Shown here: piece after piece, positions 19,224-29,835 of the stretch | Numbering within the stretch: position 1 is the first letter of the stretch | How the letters are laid out: each line of letters opens with the position of its first letter | NCBI GenBank assembly: GCA_963833985.1 | Contig: CAWIAD010000002.1 | Location: 4,064,001 to 4,128,000, forward strand | Length of the DNA stretch: 64,000 bases | Source of the DNA: an uncultured Planctomycetaceae bacterium | GTDB taxonomy: Bacteria > Planctomycetota > Planctomycetia > Isosphaerales > Isosphaeraceae | Reading direction: 5' to 3' | Notes under the pieces: model-generated | Databases searched by the model: none | Told to the model about the DNA's origin: nothing | Seen by the model: the letters and a program-made list of their open reading frames with translations, nothing else | Translations under genes and position numbers: made by a program

Positions 19224-20503
19224 ATGACATCAACCCTGTTCTCCTTGAGCATTCTGGCGGGCCTGGCAATCCTGGCCCTGGCCTCGCTTTCCGGGGTAGC
19301 CCTCGCCTCGGCGCATCGAGGCAAGCTCAGAGAACGAGCCGCGCGGGGGGATCCCGGCGCGGTGGCCGCGCTCCGCATCAGGGAGCATCCGGGGCCGTTT
19401 CTGGCGGCGACTCGGCTGGCCGCCGGGCTGGCGGTATGCACGGCCTCGGTCTGCGCGGCGCCTGGGCATGGGACGGCCTGGCACGCGCGGGCGCGGCATC
19501 GGGAGTCGTTCCCTGCGCGGTCCTGGCCGCTGTCGTCGCCGGCATGACGGCGGCCGTCTTGCTGCTGGGTGAACTGCTTCCTGGCAAGATCGCGGCGCAA
19601 TGGCCGGAGCGGGTCGCCTGCCGGGTCGCCCGGCCGCTTGCCCTGGCGGCCAGGGTGGCCAGACCGTTCTGGCGCAGGTTGCCCTCTATGCTTGGCTCGC
19701 GAGCGTCTCCAGCGTCCCGGAATGCCGAGGCTCGGCCGCGGTTAAGCGTGGAGGAATTCGAGGTCCTGCTCAGGGACTCGGTCCAGGCCGGTGCGTTCGA
19801 CGCAGCGGAATCCGAGATCTTCCGGCGGGTGCTCCGGTTCTGCGACCGCCGGGGCAGGGTGCTCATGACCCCTCGCGACAAGGTGGTCTGGATTGATGTC
19901 TCGGATGGCCCCGAGGAGATCCGCCGCAAGGTCATCACCGCACCCTACTCGAGGTTTCCCGTCTGCGATCAGAGTCTGGATAACTTGCTCGGGATCGTGC
20001 GGGTCAAGGACCTGCTCGCCCAGAAATCGGGGGCGCCGACGTTTCAGCTCAAGGGGCTGCTGACCCTCCCCGCCTTCATCTACGAGGGCGCGCGGGGACC
20101 GCAGATCCTCGAGAGCCTCAGAAGCTCGGCCGCGGAAACGGCCGTGGTGCTCGACGAGTACGGCTCGGTCGTGGGGCTGCTCACGCTCAGCGACATCCTC
20201 GCAGCGGTGCTCGGGGAATTGCCCGACCGGAACGGCGAGGACGACAGTCCGGCGAGTGTCCGGTGCGGCGACGGCTCGTGGCTGCTCGACGGCCGTCTCC
20301 CCCTCGACGAGTTCCGCGAACTGTTCGAGCTTGCCGGGCTCCCCGGCGGCGACATCCACACCGTCGCGGGACTGATCATCAGCCACCTGGGACACATTCC
20401 CCGCGTCTCCGAAAGCTTCGAGTTGCTGGGGCTTCGTTTCGAGGTCGTCAAGATGGACTCCCAGCGCGTGGAGCGCGTGCGCGTCAGCTCGTTGGTTCCG
20501 TGA
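19224..20503 (+). CDS. Hemolysin-family CNNM/CBS/CorC transporter-associated protein (frameshift near 19455)
   Basis: GELLPGKIA, MTPRDKVVWID, YSRFPV, VLDEYG, GSWLLDGRLPLD and TVAGLI. Confidence 0.88.
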
Positions 20504-20548
20504 TCGCAGAGCCATGCACCTTGACCGTCCCATTTAAGGAAATACAAC

Positions 20549-21511
20549 ATGTTTACAGTTGAGCTGGTCATTCTGGCCGCGATGGCGCTGGCGGAACCGT
20601 GCGCCGCCCTGGATCCGCCGGCCGACACGGCGGGCGGCTGGGTGAAATACGCCGGCAACCCCGTGCTGGGCGGCCAGTACGGGACCTGCTTCGACGTGGC
20701 CGTTCTTCGCGAGGCGGGAAAGTACCGGATGTGGGTGTCCTGGCGGCCCCGGCGCAGCGTGGCCCTGGTGGAGAGCACGGACGGGCTGAAATGGACGCCG
20801 CCCGAGATCGTCCTGGCGCCGGACCAGGTTCCCTGGGCCGACGATATCAACCGCCCCACGGTGCTCAGGCGATCCGACGGCTACCACATGTGGTTCACCG
20901 GACAAAAGGACAGCAAGTCCTCGGCTATCGGCTACGCCCGCAGCGCGGATGGCAAGACCTGGAACCTGGCATCCGCCAGGCCTGTTCTCCTGGTCGACCA
21001 CCCCTGGGAGAAGGTTGCCGTGATGTGCCCGCACGTCCTCAGGGACGAGCAGGGGCAGCGTTACCGTATGTGGTATTCCGGCGGTGATCAGGGCGAACCC
21101 GATGCGATCGGCCATGCCACCAGCCGGGATGGACTTACCTGGACCAAGGATGCCCAGAACCCGATCTTCACGCCGGATCGCGCGTTCGACTGGGAGAAGA
21201 ACCGCGTGACCGGCTGCCAGGTCGAGAAGCGCGGGGATTGGTACCTGATGTTCTACATCGGCTTCCGCGACGTCGAGCACGCGCAGATTGGACTGGCCCG
21301 CTCGCGCGATGGCATCACCGCCTGGCAGCGACATCCGGCCAACCCGATCATCCGCTCCGGCACGGGCCAGTGGGACGACGACGCCTGTTACAAGCCCTAC
21401 GCCCTCTTCGACGGCCGGCAATGGCTGCTCTGGTACAACGGCAGGCGGCAGAGCCTGGAACAGATCGGCGTGGCCAGCCACCAGGGCGAAGATCTGGGGT
21501 TTCCCCGTTGA
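20549..21511 (+). CDS. Secreted five-bladed beta-propeller glycoside hydrolase (GH32/43/130 superfamily)
   Basis: Repeated NPVL / YRMW / IGxAxSxDG blades; signal peptide. Confidence 0.8.
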   Translation: MFTVELVILAAMALAEPCAALDPPADTAGGWVKYAGNPVLGGQYGTCFDVAVLREAGKYRMWVSWRPRRSVALVESTDGLKWTPPEIVLAPDQVPWADDINRPTVLRRSDGYHMWFTGQKDSKSSAIGYARSADGKTWNLASARPVLLVDHPWEKVAVMCPHVLRDEQGQRYRMWYSGGDQGEPDAIGHATSRDGLTWTKDAQNPIFTPDRAFDWEKNRVTGCQVEKRGDWYLMFYIGFRDVEHAQIGLARSRDGITAWQRHPANPIIRSGTGQWDDDACYKPYALFDGRQWLLWYNGRRQSLEQIGVASHQGEDLGFPR

Positions 21512-21667
21512 ACTGCTGAACAGGTCCATGGCAACCGGCCAGGGAACCGGCTGCCGATCGTTGTGGCGCTCGGGATGATCGGTTCTGCTCAGGCATGGCA
21601 TGGAGAGGGGCCGATCGGTCCTGTCATCGGAAGGACGCATCGCGGTTCGTGAACAAGGGAGAATGCG

Positions 21668-22753
21668 ATGAGCTTCGGCTCTTTCAGAGGTTGCGTTGTT
21701 GCCACTGTCTGCCTGCTGCTCACCGCGGGGTCTGTCACGGAAGGTCTCCGCGGCCAGGAAAGTGATCCGGCGGCGCGCAAGTCGGGCCGCGGCCGATCAG
21801 CGGCAAAGCGAGCGCGGCCGGCGGCGTCCAGGGGAGCCCCGGATGGGCCGCCAGGAGTCCGCACGCTGCCAGGGCATACCGGCTTCGTGCGCGCCGTGCG
21901 GTTCTCTCCCGACGGCCGTCGCGTCCTCTCCGGCAGCGAAGACGGCACAGCGCGGCTCTGGGATTTCGCGAGCGGGCGCAGCCTCGGCGAGATCCAGAGC
22001 CCGGGCGGCAGCGTGCAGGCCGTGGCCTTTTTGCTGGAAGGCCGTGATGCGATTCTGGGGGATCGGAGCGGGAAACTGACTGTCTGGGACCTCAGCGCCG
22101 GAAACCAGGCGGGCGAGCTCAAGGGGCACGAGGGCGGGGTCAAGACCATCACCGTCTCGCCGGATAGCTCCTTTGCCATTGCCGCGGGCGACGGCCGCGC
22201 CATACGCGTCTGGGACATCGGCTCCGGCCGCACCATCGCCCGCCTCGAAGGACACGGCGACTGGGTCGGCGACGTCGCGCTGGCGCGTGACGGCCGCCAC
22301 CTCGTCTCGGCCAGTGGCGACAAGATGGTCAAGTTGTGGGACCTGTCGACTGGCCGTGCCATCAGTACGTTCCGCGGCTTCTCGCGCGAAGCAGATGCCG
22401 TCGCGATCACCCCCGACGGCCGCTTCGTGATCGGTGGCGGTTTTGAGGAGTCCGCCCGGGTCTGGGACGCCCGCACGGGGAAACAGACGAAGTCGCTGGA
22501 TGGCCAATCGGGCGGCAACTACTGCCTGTCTCTCTCGCGCGACGGGCGCTTCGTCGCAATCGGCTACGAGAAGAAAGGCGTCGGCATCTGGGACCTGGGG
22601 ACCGGCAAGTTGGTCCATCGCGAGAACCTGGAAGCCAGCGACACCGGAACCGAGGGAATCCTGTCCATCGATTTCTCGCCTGATGGCCGCAAGCTCGCCG
22701 CGGGCGGCCGGGCCAACCTCGTCTACCTGGTGACGCTGCCGAAGCTGCCGTGA
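21668..22753 (+). CDS. Secreted WD40-repeat protein
   Basis: About 7 GH...SPDG...WD repeats after a signal peptide. Confidence 0.92.
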   Translation: MSFGSFRGCVVATVCLLLTAGSVTEGLRGQESDPAARKSGRGRSAAKRARPAASRGAPDGPPGVRTLPGHTGFVRAVRFSPDGRRVLSGSEDGTARLWDFASGRSLGEIQSPGGSVQAVAFLLEGRDAILGDRSGKLTVWDLSAGNQAGELKGHEGGVKTITVSPDSSFAIAAGDGRAIRVWDIGSGRTIARLEGHGDWVGDVALARDGRHLVSASGDKMVKLWDLSTGRAISTFRGFSREADAVAITPDGRFVIGGGFEESARVWDARTGKQTKSLDGQSGGNYCLSLSRDGRFVAIGYEKKGVGIWDLGTGKLVHRENLEASDTGTEGILSIDFSPDGRKLAAGGRANLVYLVTLPKLP

Positions 22754-22921
22754 GCCAGGCCCCACCCTGGCGATCTGCCGGTACGCTCTTTCCTCCAGAG
22801 CCGACACCGATCATGATTTGCAGGGAAGTGTGGCGATGGCTGGAAAAGCGCGCAGGCTGCCGCTCAGGGCGTTGAAACCTGGGCTTCGACATCGCCGCGT
22901 TCCGGCAGGAGACGCTGACTG

Positions 22922-23857
22922 ATGAGACACCATGCTTTGTGCCTGACCGCGGCATCCGCGGTTGTACTCGGGGCCGCCTGGATTGCCGTTCTTCCCGTGC
23001 GGGCCGATGGGCCAGACTTCACCCGCAAGGAGGACGTGGTTTACGGCCGGAAATTCGGCACAGCCCTGACGATGGACGTCTTCACGCCCAGGGATCACAA
23101 GAATGGCGCCGCCATCGTCTGGGTGATCAGCGGTGGCTGGTTCTCCGCGCACGAAGCCATCAATCCGGGTCCCATCGCGGAATTCCTGAAGCGCGGGTAC
23201 ACGATCTTTGCCGTGGTACACGGCAGCCAGCCGCGTTACACCATCCCCGAGATCGTTGCGGATATGAACCGGGCGGTGCGCTTCATTCGCTATCACGCGT
23301 CCGACTACGGCATCGATCCCGATCGGATCGGCATCACCGGCGGTTCGGCCGGCGGGCACCTCTCGCTCATGCAGGGAACCGCCGGCGACAAGGGTAACGC
23401 CTCCGCCAGGGACCCGATCGACCAGACCTCCAGCCGCGTCCAGGCCGTGGCCTGCTTCTTCCCGCCGACCGATTTCCTGAACTACGGCAAGCCCGGCGAG
23501 AATGCCGTCGGCCGGGGCATCCTCAAGGGCTTCAAACCGCCGTTTGACTTCCACAAGCAAGACCCCGATACCAGTTTGTTCCGGCCCATCACGGACGAGG
23601 CCCGAATCCTCGAAATCGCCCGCCAGATCAGTCCCGTCTACCAGGTCTCGGCCGACGACCCGCCCACCCTCATCATCCACGGCGACGCCGACCAGCTCGT
23701 GCCCATCCAGCAGGCCGAACTCTTCTTGGACAAGCTCAAGCAAGCCGGCGGCCAGGGGAAGCTCGTTGTCAAGAAAGGTGCATCGCACGGCTGGCCCGAC
23801 ATTCAGAAGGACATGCCCATCCTCGCCGACTGGTTCGATGAGCATTTACGGAAGTAG
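22922..23857 (+). CDS. Secreted alpha/beta hydrolase (BD-FAE-like esterase)
   Basis: SGGW, GITGGSAGGHL, IHGDADQLVP and GASHG. Confidence 0.9.
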   Translation: MRHHALCLTAASAVVLGAAWIAVLPVRADGPDFTRKEDVVYGRKFGTALTMDVFTPRDHKNGAAIVWVISGGWFSAHEAINPGPIAEFLKRGYTIFAVVHGSQPRYTIPEIVADMNRAVRFIRYHASDYGIDPDRIGITGGSAGGHLSLMQGTAGDKGNASARDPIDQTSSRVQAVACFFPPTDFLNYGKPGENAVGRGILKGFKPPFDFHKQDPDTSLFRPITDEARILEIARQISPVYQVSADDPPTLIIHGDADQLVPIQQAELFLDKLKQAGGQGKLVVKKGASHGWPDIQKDMPILADWFDEHLRK

Positions 23858-23859
23858 TA

Positions 23860-24150
23860 GGCAGCAGGCAGTGGGCAGTGGGCAGTGAGTTTGTAGGGTG
23901 GGTCGAGCCGCAGGCGAGGCCCACCATGGCGGCAGCAGGCAGTGGGCAGTGAAGAGGAAGGGGAGTTTGTAGTGCGGCAGCGGGCAGCGGGCAGTTTGTA
24001 GGGTGGGTCGAGCCGCAGGCGAGGCCCACCATGGCGGCAGCAGGCAGTGGGCAGTGAAGAGGAAGGGGAGTTTGTAGTGCGGCAGCGGGCAGCGGGCAGT
24101 TTGTAGGGTGGGTCGAGCCGCAGGCGAGGCCCACCAGGGTCGCAGTGGGC
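23860..24150. repeat. 105-bp tandem array of GTAG-type REP palindromes with GGCAG(T/C)G heptamers
   Basis: GTAGGGTGGGTCGAGCCGCAGGCGAGGCCCACC at 23893, 23998 and 24103; lies between convergent genes. Confidence 0.9.
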
Positions 24151-24187
24151 GGGTGCGGGGGACGCGATTTGCGGGCTGGACTGTCCT

Positions 24188-24934
24188 TCAGTGGTGATCG
24201 GCCGCCAGCGTGAACACCCGCTGCACGAGACGATCGGCGAGGTCGGGACCGGGACCCAGCGTTTCGGGCGCCTGGCCGGAACGGACCAGGTGGATCGCGT
24301 GCGCGCCTGCAAGCACGGTTTGCAGGTCGTTCGCAACCGTCAGGTTCGCCTGGCTGGCACGGGCGGAGGTTTCAGCCTGGCGGATCAGCTCCGCGGTGGC
24401 CGCTCCCGAGAGCAGCTTGAAGCCCACGAGAAAGAGATCCGGGGCCCACTCGCGTACCAGGCGGATGACCTTGGGCGTGGGCCGGCAGCGGATCACGAGC
24501 TCGCTGGCGCTGGAGCTTAGCTTGCCGGCAACTTGCTCGGGCTCGTAGTCGGAGACGGCCATCGCCAGAAAAGCCACGTCGATGCGCTCGGTCGAGAGCA
24601 GCCGGCGCAGGGTCCCGGCATAGTCGGCAACCGTGCCTGTCTCCAGCGGCACAAGGTGCAGCCGGTCGCGCGTGAGCAGCCACTGCCAACGCAGGGATTT
24701 CAGGCGGTCGAACTCGGTGGCAAGATCCGCGCAGTCGAGATCGATCTGGGCCGACCGGAGCAGGGGGACCTGAGCCGAAGGTGCATGAACGTGCCACACG
24801 CGGGCCCCATGTGCCAGGCAGCTCTCCGAGATCGCGGCTGAGAACCGGCCCGTCGAAATGTTCGTGATGGTACGCACGTCGTCGATGGGCGCCCGGGTTC
24901 CCCCACCAGTCACAAGCACGTTCATGGGCGGCAT
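24188..24934 (-). CDS. coaB: Phosphopantothenate--cysteine ligase (CoaB-like, standalone)
   Basis: VLVTGGGTRAPIDDVRTITNISTG, MAVSDY, TPKVI, LVGFKL and VAND. Confidence 0.8.
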   Translation of the reverse strand: MPPMNVLVTGGGTRAPIDDVRTITNISTGRFSAAISESCLAHGARVWHVHAPSAQVPLLRSAQIDLDCADLATEFDRLKSLRWQWLLTRDRLHLVPLETGTVADYAGTLRRLLSTERIDVAFLAMAVSDYEPEQVAGKLSSSASELVIRCRPTPKVIRLVREWAPDLFLVGFKLLSGAATAELIRQAETSARASQANLTVANDLQTVLAGAHAIHLVRSGQAPETLGPGPDLADRLVQRVFTLAADHH

Positions 24935-25089
24935 GGTCCTTTCAGCGGTGTGTTTCTCTTGCATGAGCGGCTCGGCGTGGGCTAGGGTGAGGGTGGGCCG
25001 TGCGGCGAGGATCGGGCCCGGCCAGGTCCGCACGCACGGTGGGCACGCGTTTCGATTTCGATTGGCCCATGACAGCATCCGCCCGAACC

Positions 25090-26409
25090 ATGAGTGTCCC
25101 TTTCGATCCCCAGGCCCGCGAGCTCTACGACGTGCTGGCGAGCTGGCCGATCTTCGATCCTCACTCGCACATCGATCCGCATCGTCCCGCGGCACGGAAC
25201 CTCGATGAGATTCTGGGTTATCACTACTATACCGAGCTGGCACATGCCGCCGGCATGCCCGCGGAGCAGGTGAGCCCGGACTTGCGGCCCGAGGAGCGCG
25301 TGCAGCATCTTGCCGGGTTCCTCGAGCGAATGGACAACACGGTCCAGTTCTCCTGGTTGCTCGAGATCGCGAAGACGTTTCACGCCTGGGGCCATGACCG
25401 GCTCGATCCCGAGTCGGTCGGCGAGCTTTACGAGCGGGCGCACCGCGACACCGGCGGGGCGGGGCCGGAGTGGGATCGGCAGGTCTGGAAGCAATCGAAG
25501 CTCGAAGCCGTGTTCCTCACGAACGATTTCGACGACCCGCTGGAAGGCTGGGACACCGCCGCCTATGTCCCCTGCCTGCGCACGGACGACCTGGTGCTCA
25601 GGCTCCATGAGCCGAGCACCATCGAGCGTCTCCGGCGTTGCACGGACGTGGATGTTCAGGACCTGGCCGGTCTTCGCGAGGCGATTGGCCGCATCTTCGA
25701 GCGTTTTGTGAGCCGGGGCGCGCGGGCCTGCGCCATCAGCCTGCCGCCCGATTTCGTTCCCAGGCGGGCGACGCCCCGGCGCGCCGTCACTCCGGTTCGC
25801 CGCGCCATCCAGCACATGGACCTGCGCGGCGACGAGCATGAGGAGATCCGCACCACGGTCTTCTGGATGCTGGCGGAGTTCTGTGCCGAGTTCGGTCTGC
25901 CGTTCGACGTCATGATTGGCCCGGTCCGCAACGTGTACCCGGCGGGAGTTGCCGGTGGCCGCGATCTCTTCGATCGCCGCGTGAGCCTTTATGAGTATCG
26001 CGAGCTGTTCAACCACTTCGCGAACGTGCGGTTTCCCGTCTCCACGCTGGCGCCCGACGCCGGCGCCGAGCTGGTGGCGTATTCCTGGATTTTTCCCAAT
26101 GTGCTGCCCATGGGGCACTGGTGGTATTCCAACGTCCCGGCGTTCATCGCGGCCGACCTCAAGGCCAGGATCCAGGCCGTGCCGAAGGTGAAGCTGCTGG
26201 GTTATTACTCCGACGCCTACAAGCTCGAATTCATCTTGCCCAAGTTCAACATGTATCGGCGAATTCTGGCCGAGACGCTGGCCGAGGAGTGCGTGCGTGG
26301 CCGGGGCTGGTCGATCGACCGGTCGTTGCAGCTTGGCAAAGTCATCCTGCTTGACAATCCCCGCAGAATATTTGAGCGAAACCGGGCCGGTCAGACCCCG
26401 GCGATTTGA
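25090..26409 (+). CDS. Glucuronate isomerase-like amidohydrolase
   Basis: IFDPHSH, GYHYYTELAH, GHWWY and YYSDAYKLEFILPKF (UxaC-like). Confidence 0.75.
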   Translation: MSVPFDPQARELYDVLASWPIFDPHSHIDPHRPAARNLDEILGYHYYTELAHAAGMPAEQVSPDLRPEERVQHLAGFLERMDNTVQFSWLLEIAKTFHAWGHDRLDPESVGELYERAHRDTGGAGPEWDRQVWKQSKLEAVFLTNDFDDPLEGWDTAAYVPCLRTDDLVLRLHEPSTIERLRRCTDVDVQDLAGLREAIGRIFERFVSRGARACAISLPPDFVPRRATPRRAVTPVRRAIQHMDLRGDEHEEIRTTVFWMLAEFCAEFGLPFDVMIGPVRNVYPAGVAGGRDLFDRRVSLYEYRELFNHFANVRFPVSTLAPDAGAELVAYSWIFPNVLPMGHWWYSNVPAFIAADLKARIQAVPKVKLLGYYSDAYKLEFILPKFNMYRRILAETLAEECVRGRGWSIDRSLQLGKVILLDNPRRIFERNRAGQTPAI

Positions 26410-26545
26410 CCGGAACGGGAACTGCGGGCATGTTTTGGGTACGTGATGCGCTTTCTGCCGCGTTCGCAGTCCGCGAGCGACCGCTTCCGCTTCGACCCTG
26501 GTTGTTCTCGGTCCCGTGACCGAATGCCCTAGAGGATCGACTTCC

Positions 26546-28084
26546 ATGTGGCCTGCAATCGAACTCCCACGGTTTCCCGCGGTCCTGGTGCTGTCGCTGT
26601 CGCTTGCCCTTTGCCTGCCTCTGTCGCTCCAGGCCCAGGAACCTCCGGGGCTCTCCTCGGGAACCGGGCAGGGGACAGGAACGGGACGCTCGGCCGGCGT
26701 CCAGCACAGCGGCTCCGAATCCGCCTCGGGCTCAGGTCCCCAGGGCCGGCCCTCCGAGAATGAGCAAACTCCCGGACTCAACGTGGGACAGGACAGGGGC
26801 GGGCGCATGGGCGGACCGGGACAGGGGCGCCAGTCACCCGGGAGCCGCTCCATCCCCCTTGGGCCCGGGGTCAATGTCCGCTTCCCCGACGATCCTGCGC
26901 TCGGGCCGCTCCTGAGCGACGAAAGGCCCTCGGAGGCCGGTTCGGTCTCGCCGGCACAGGTGGCTCCGGATCTGATCCAGAACGTCCGCAGGATCACGAA
27001 CACGTATGACCGCAGCCGGGCCTTCCAGGAGCTGGCGCGTGAGGCCATCCTGAGTAACCAGTTGCTGGTCGCGCACCGCACCCTGGGCGAAGCCGCGGAA
27101 GCCGCGCTGAGCGAGCAGAACTCGCTCAGGCACGACCAGCTCATCATCGAGGTGATCACGACGACCGGGCTCCTGAGCGAGACCTTGATCCGCGAGGGCA
27201 GAACGCAGCTCACCATGCTGGAGGCGGCCGAAGGAACCAACGAGGCGCTCCCCCGGCGGCTCAATCCCAGGATGTCGATCCGCCTGGCGCGCCTGGAATG
27301 GCAACGGGCCGCCGTGCTGGCCCGCGTCATCATCAACCCCACCTATCGCTCCGAGTATCTGGGCCGCGTGACGGAGGGGCTGGGCCGAGACAGCTCCCGG
27401 ATCATTCTGGAATACGTGCGCCGCACCGATCTGGACAACGCCCCCCAGACAGAGAAGATGAGCGACTCGGATCTGAAGGAAATCGAGCAGTCCGCGGATC
27501 AGTTCCTGGTGGAAGCCGAGCGGGTCGCGGGCGAGATCCAGCGCCCGATCTGGAAGAATTCCGCACTCGAGCGGACGGCGATCAACGCCGGCGAGTCGCA
27601 GCAGTACGCGCGTGCCTTCTCCATCGCCCGCAGCATCGAGAATGCCGAGGCCCGCTCGCAGGCGCTCATCCTCGTCGCCGAGTCTCAGTGCCGGCACCGC
27701 CAGACCGAGGCAGCCACCAAGACCTATTCCGAGGTGGCCGAGGCCGTGGCGCGCATCGACCAGGCGGGCCTCCGCGGTGTGCTGGCTGGCTACCTGGTCG
27801 ACAGCCTGATCTCCACCGGCCGGTTCGAGGACGCGCGTGCCTGCCTGGTGCTTTACCCCACGGAATCCGAGCGCTACGTGGCCCTGGGGGCAATCGCCGA
27901 GAACGAGGGCAGCCGCGGCTCACCCGACAGCGCTCGCGAGTGGATCACGCGCAACGTCCGGCCCGAGTACCGTTCGGCCCTCTTCCGCCGGGTCAACAAC
28001 GGCGTGCTGTCGCGCATCCGCAACTCGCGGCAGAGCCTCTTCTCGGGACGCGAGGGTCCTTCCATGTCATTGCCGGCGCAGTGA
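26546..28084 (+). CDS. Exported helical-repeat hypothetical protein
   Basis: Signal peptide (...LQAQE), Gly/Ser/Pro-rich linker, alpha-helical TPR-like C-terminal half. Confidence 0.7.
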   Translation: MWPAIELPRFPAVLVLSLSLALCLPLSLQAQEPPGLSSGTGQGTGTGRSAGVQHSGSESASGSGPQGRPSENEQTPGLNVGQDRGGRMGGPGQGRQSPGSRSIPLGPGVNVRFPDDPALGPLLSDERPSEAGSVSPAQVAPDLIQNVRRITNTYDRSRAFQELAREAILSNQLLVAHRTLGEAAEAALSEQNSLRHDQLIIEVITTTGLLSETLIREGRTQLTMLEAAEGTNEALPRRLNPRMSIRLARLEWQRAAVLARVIINPTYRSEYLGRVTEGLGRDSSRIILEYVRRTDLDNAPQTEKMSDSDLKEIEQSADQFLVEAERVAGEIQRPIWKNSALERTAINAGESQQYARAFSIARSIENAEARSQALILVAESQCRHRQTEAATKTYSEVAEAVARIDQAGLRGVLAGYLVDSLISTGRFEDARACLVLYPTESERYVALGAIAENEGSRGSPDSAREWITRNVRPEYRSALFRRVNNGVLSRIRNSRQSLFSGREGPSMSLPAQ

Positions 28085-28118
28085 CGCGAACCCGCTCTGG
28101 CCGGGCTGTGGCTCAACG

Positions 28119-28898
28119 TCAGGACACCGGGAAAAACGCCCCGTAACGCTGCCTGGCCAGGCGAATCCCCGCATTCACCACGGACGTGTCGGATGCCACC
28201 ACGAAGAGCTGGCACCCCAGCGCGCGCATCCGCTCGGCGTACTCCGGCCCGCGCGAGTAAACACCCCACGGCATCTTCGCCTCGGCGCAGGTGCGGGCAA
28301 TCGTCGCGATGGCGTCCAGGCAGCGCGGGTTCTCGAAATCGCCCGGCACGCCCAGCACCTGGCTCAGGTCGGAGGGGCCGACAAACAGCAGATCGACATC
28401 CGGCACCGCGGCGATCTCGGCGATGCCCGTGAGCGCCTCGGCCGTCTCGATCTGGATGCCGACGAACGTGGAGGCATTGGCGGCGGCCATGTATTCGGGG
28501 ATCGGCGTCAGGTTGAACCGGCCGTCACGATTGCCGCCGTTCAGCCCGCGCTGGCCGCGCGGCCAGAACTTGGCCCAGCGCACCGCCTGCTCGGCCTCGG
28601 CCGCCGAGCGGACCATGCTGATCATCACGCCCCCCGCGCCCGCTTCAAGAGGCCGCATCACCGAGGCATAGTCGGTGGCCGGCAAGCGGACGAAGTGGTC
28701 GATGCCGTACGCCTTCGCCGCCAGCGTGGCCAGCTCGATGTCCCGCAGCGTGATGCCCGCATGCTCGAAGTCGAGCCAGAGGGCATCGAACTGGCCGTGC
28801 TCGCCGATCATCTCGACCAGCTTGGGACTGAGCAACTGCCCCAGCGCGAAGACCCGGACCACCTCGCCCCGGGCCAGCAGCTCCTTGATTCGCGGCAT
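28119..28898 (-). CDS. HpcH/HpaI aldolase family protein
   Basis: WLDFEH, P.GQRG, IQIET and LFVGPSDLS. Confidence 0.92.
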   Translation of the reverse strand: MPRIKELLARGEVVRVFALGQLLSPKLVEMIGEHGQFDALWLDFEHAGITLRDIELATLAAKAYGIDHFVRLPATDYASVMRPLEAGAGGVMISMVRSAAEAEQAVRWAKFWPRGQRGLNGGNRDGRFNLTPIPEYMAAANASTFVGIQIETAEALTGIAEIAAVPDVDLLFVGPSDLSQVLGVPGDFENPRCLDAIATIARTCAEAKMPWGVYSRGPEYAERMRALGCQLFVVASDTSVVNAGIRLARQRYGAFFPVS

Positions 28899-29082
28899 CG
28901 TCCCAACCTCTCTTGACGCCCGTCGATCAGGGCAAAGGACCAAGCTTACCTGCCGGAGAGCCGCGAACCAAGCCCCGTAAGGCACGCTATTGCGTGCCGA
29001 GGTGGAAATGGCAGTCGATCGCAAAAGGCAGGAGCCTTGACGTGACGTGGAATCGAGATGACGTCGAAGCCGTGAGTCACGT

Positions 29083-29475
29083 TCAGGCTCGGGGAAGATG
29101 CGGCACGGAATAGGCAAGCATCGTGGCGTCGACCGTGAGGATCGTCAACTCATGCTGGATTGCCTGGGCAATGAGAATGCGGTCGAATGGGTCACGATGC
29201 AGCAAAGGCAGGCTCGCAAGATGGGTCATCGCTTTCTCATCAATGGGCAGGCTGGCGATTCCATGAGCGTTCCTTTGCTCCGGCAGATACTCAGCCGGCG
29301 AACCAGGAAGTGGAAGGTGACCGAGCCTGTGCTTGATGATCGCTTCCCAGATCGAGGCGACACTCAAATACACCTCGTTCGCCGGCTCCCGAATGGCTGT
29401 GAGAAACGTGGCGGGGAGATTCGGGTCGGCAGTGATGTACCAGAGAAAAATGTGGGTATCGAGAAGCAGCCTCAT
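29083..29475 (-). CDS. vapC: PIN-domain toxin (VapC)
   Basis: MRLLLDTHIFLW, SVASIWE and HRDPFDRILIAQA. Confidence 0.93.
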   Translation of the reverse strand: MRLLLDTHIFLWYITADPNLPATFLTAIREPANEVYLSVASIWEAIIKHRLGHLPLPGSPAEYLPEQRNAHGIASLPIDEKAMTHLASLPLLHRDPFDRILIAQAIQHELTILTVDATMLAYSVPHLPRA

Positions 29476-29711
29476 CACCCCTCGAAATCGCGGAGAACCT
29501 GGTCCGGCAAAGGTGTATCGAAATCGGCCGGAACCGTGAAAGCCCCAGCCGCCAGACCGAACGGCCGAAGCTCGCGGGCGGGAGGGGAGAGCGGGCACAA
29601 TTCTGCCACCGGTCGGCCTTCGCGCGCGATCACAAGGTGTTCTCCTGCCTCCACGCGGTCCAGGAGACCGGCCACGTCTTTTTGCAAATCCTGAGGGCTG
29701 ATGTAGTCCAT
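29475..29711 (-). CDS. Phd/YefM family antitoxin
   Basis: LLDRVEAGEHLVIAREGRPVAEL...RPFGL...DFDTPLP; TGATG overlap with the toxin gene. Confidence 0.9.
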   Translation of the reverse strand: MDYISPQDLQKDVAGLLDRVEAGEHLVIAREGRPVAELCPLSPPARELRPFGLAAGAFTVPADFDTPLPDQVLRDFEG

Positions 29712-29835
29712 AGAATGAGTTTACCTCACGTGGTCGGTTGTGTAGGAGGCCGATCCGACCCCTGGTCGACATGGCGAGGCCCACCAGACAGCTTTATTGC
29801 GTGCCGGGGCAGAGTTCGGCATGCAGCAGCATGCC

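Noticed and set aside
23860..24150. Possible CRISPR array (33-bp palindromic repeat, three copies)
   Set aside because: Spacers are identical and 72 bp long, and the repeat has GTAG REP structure
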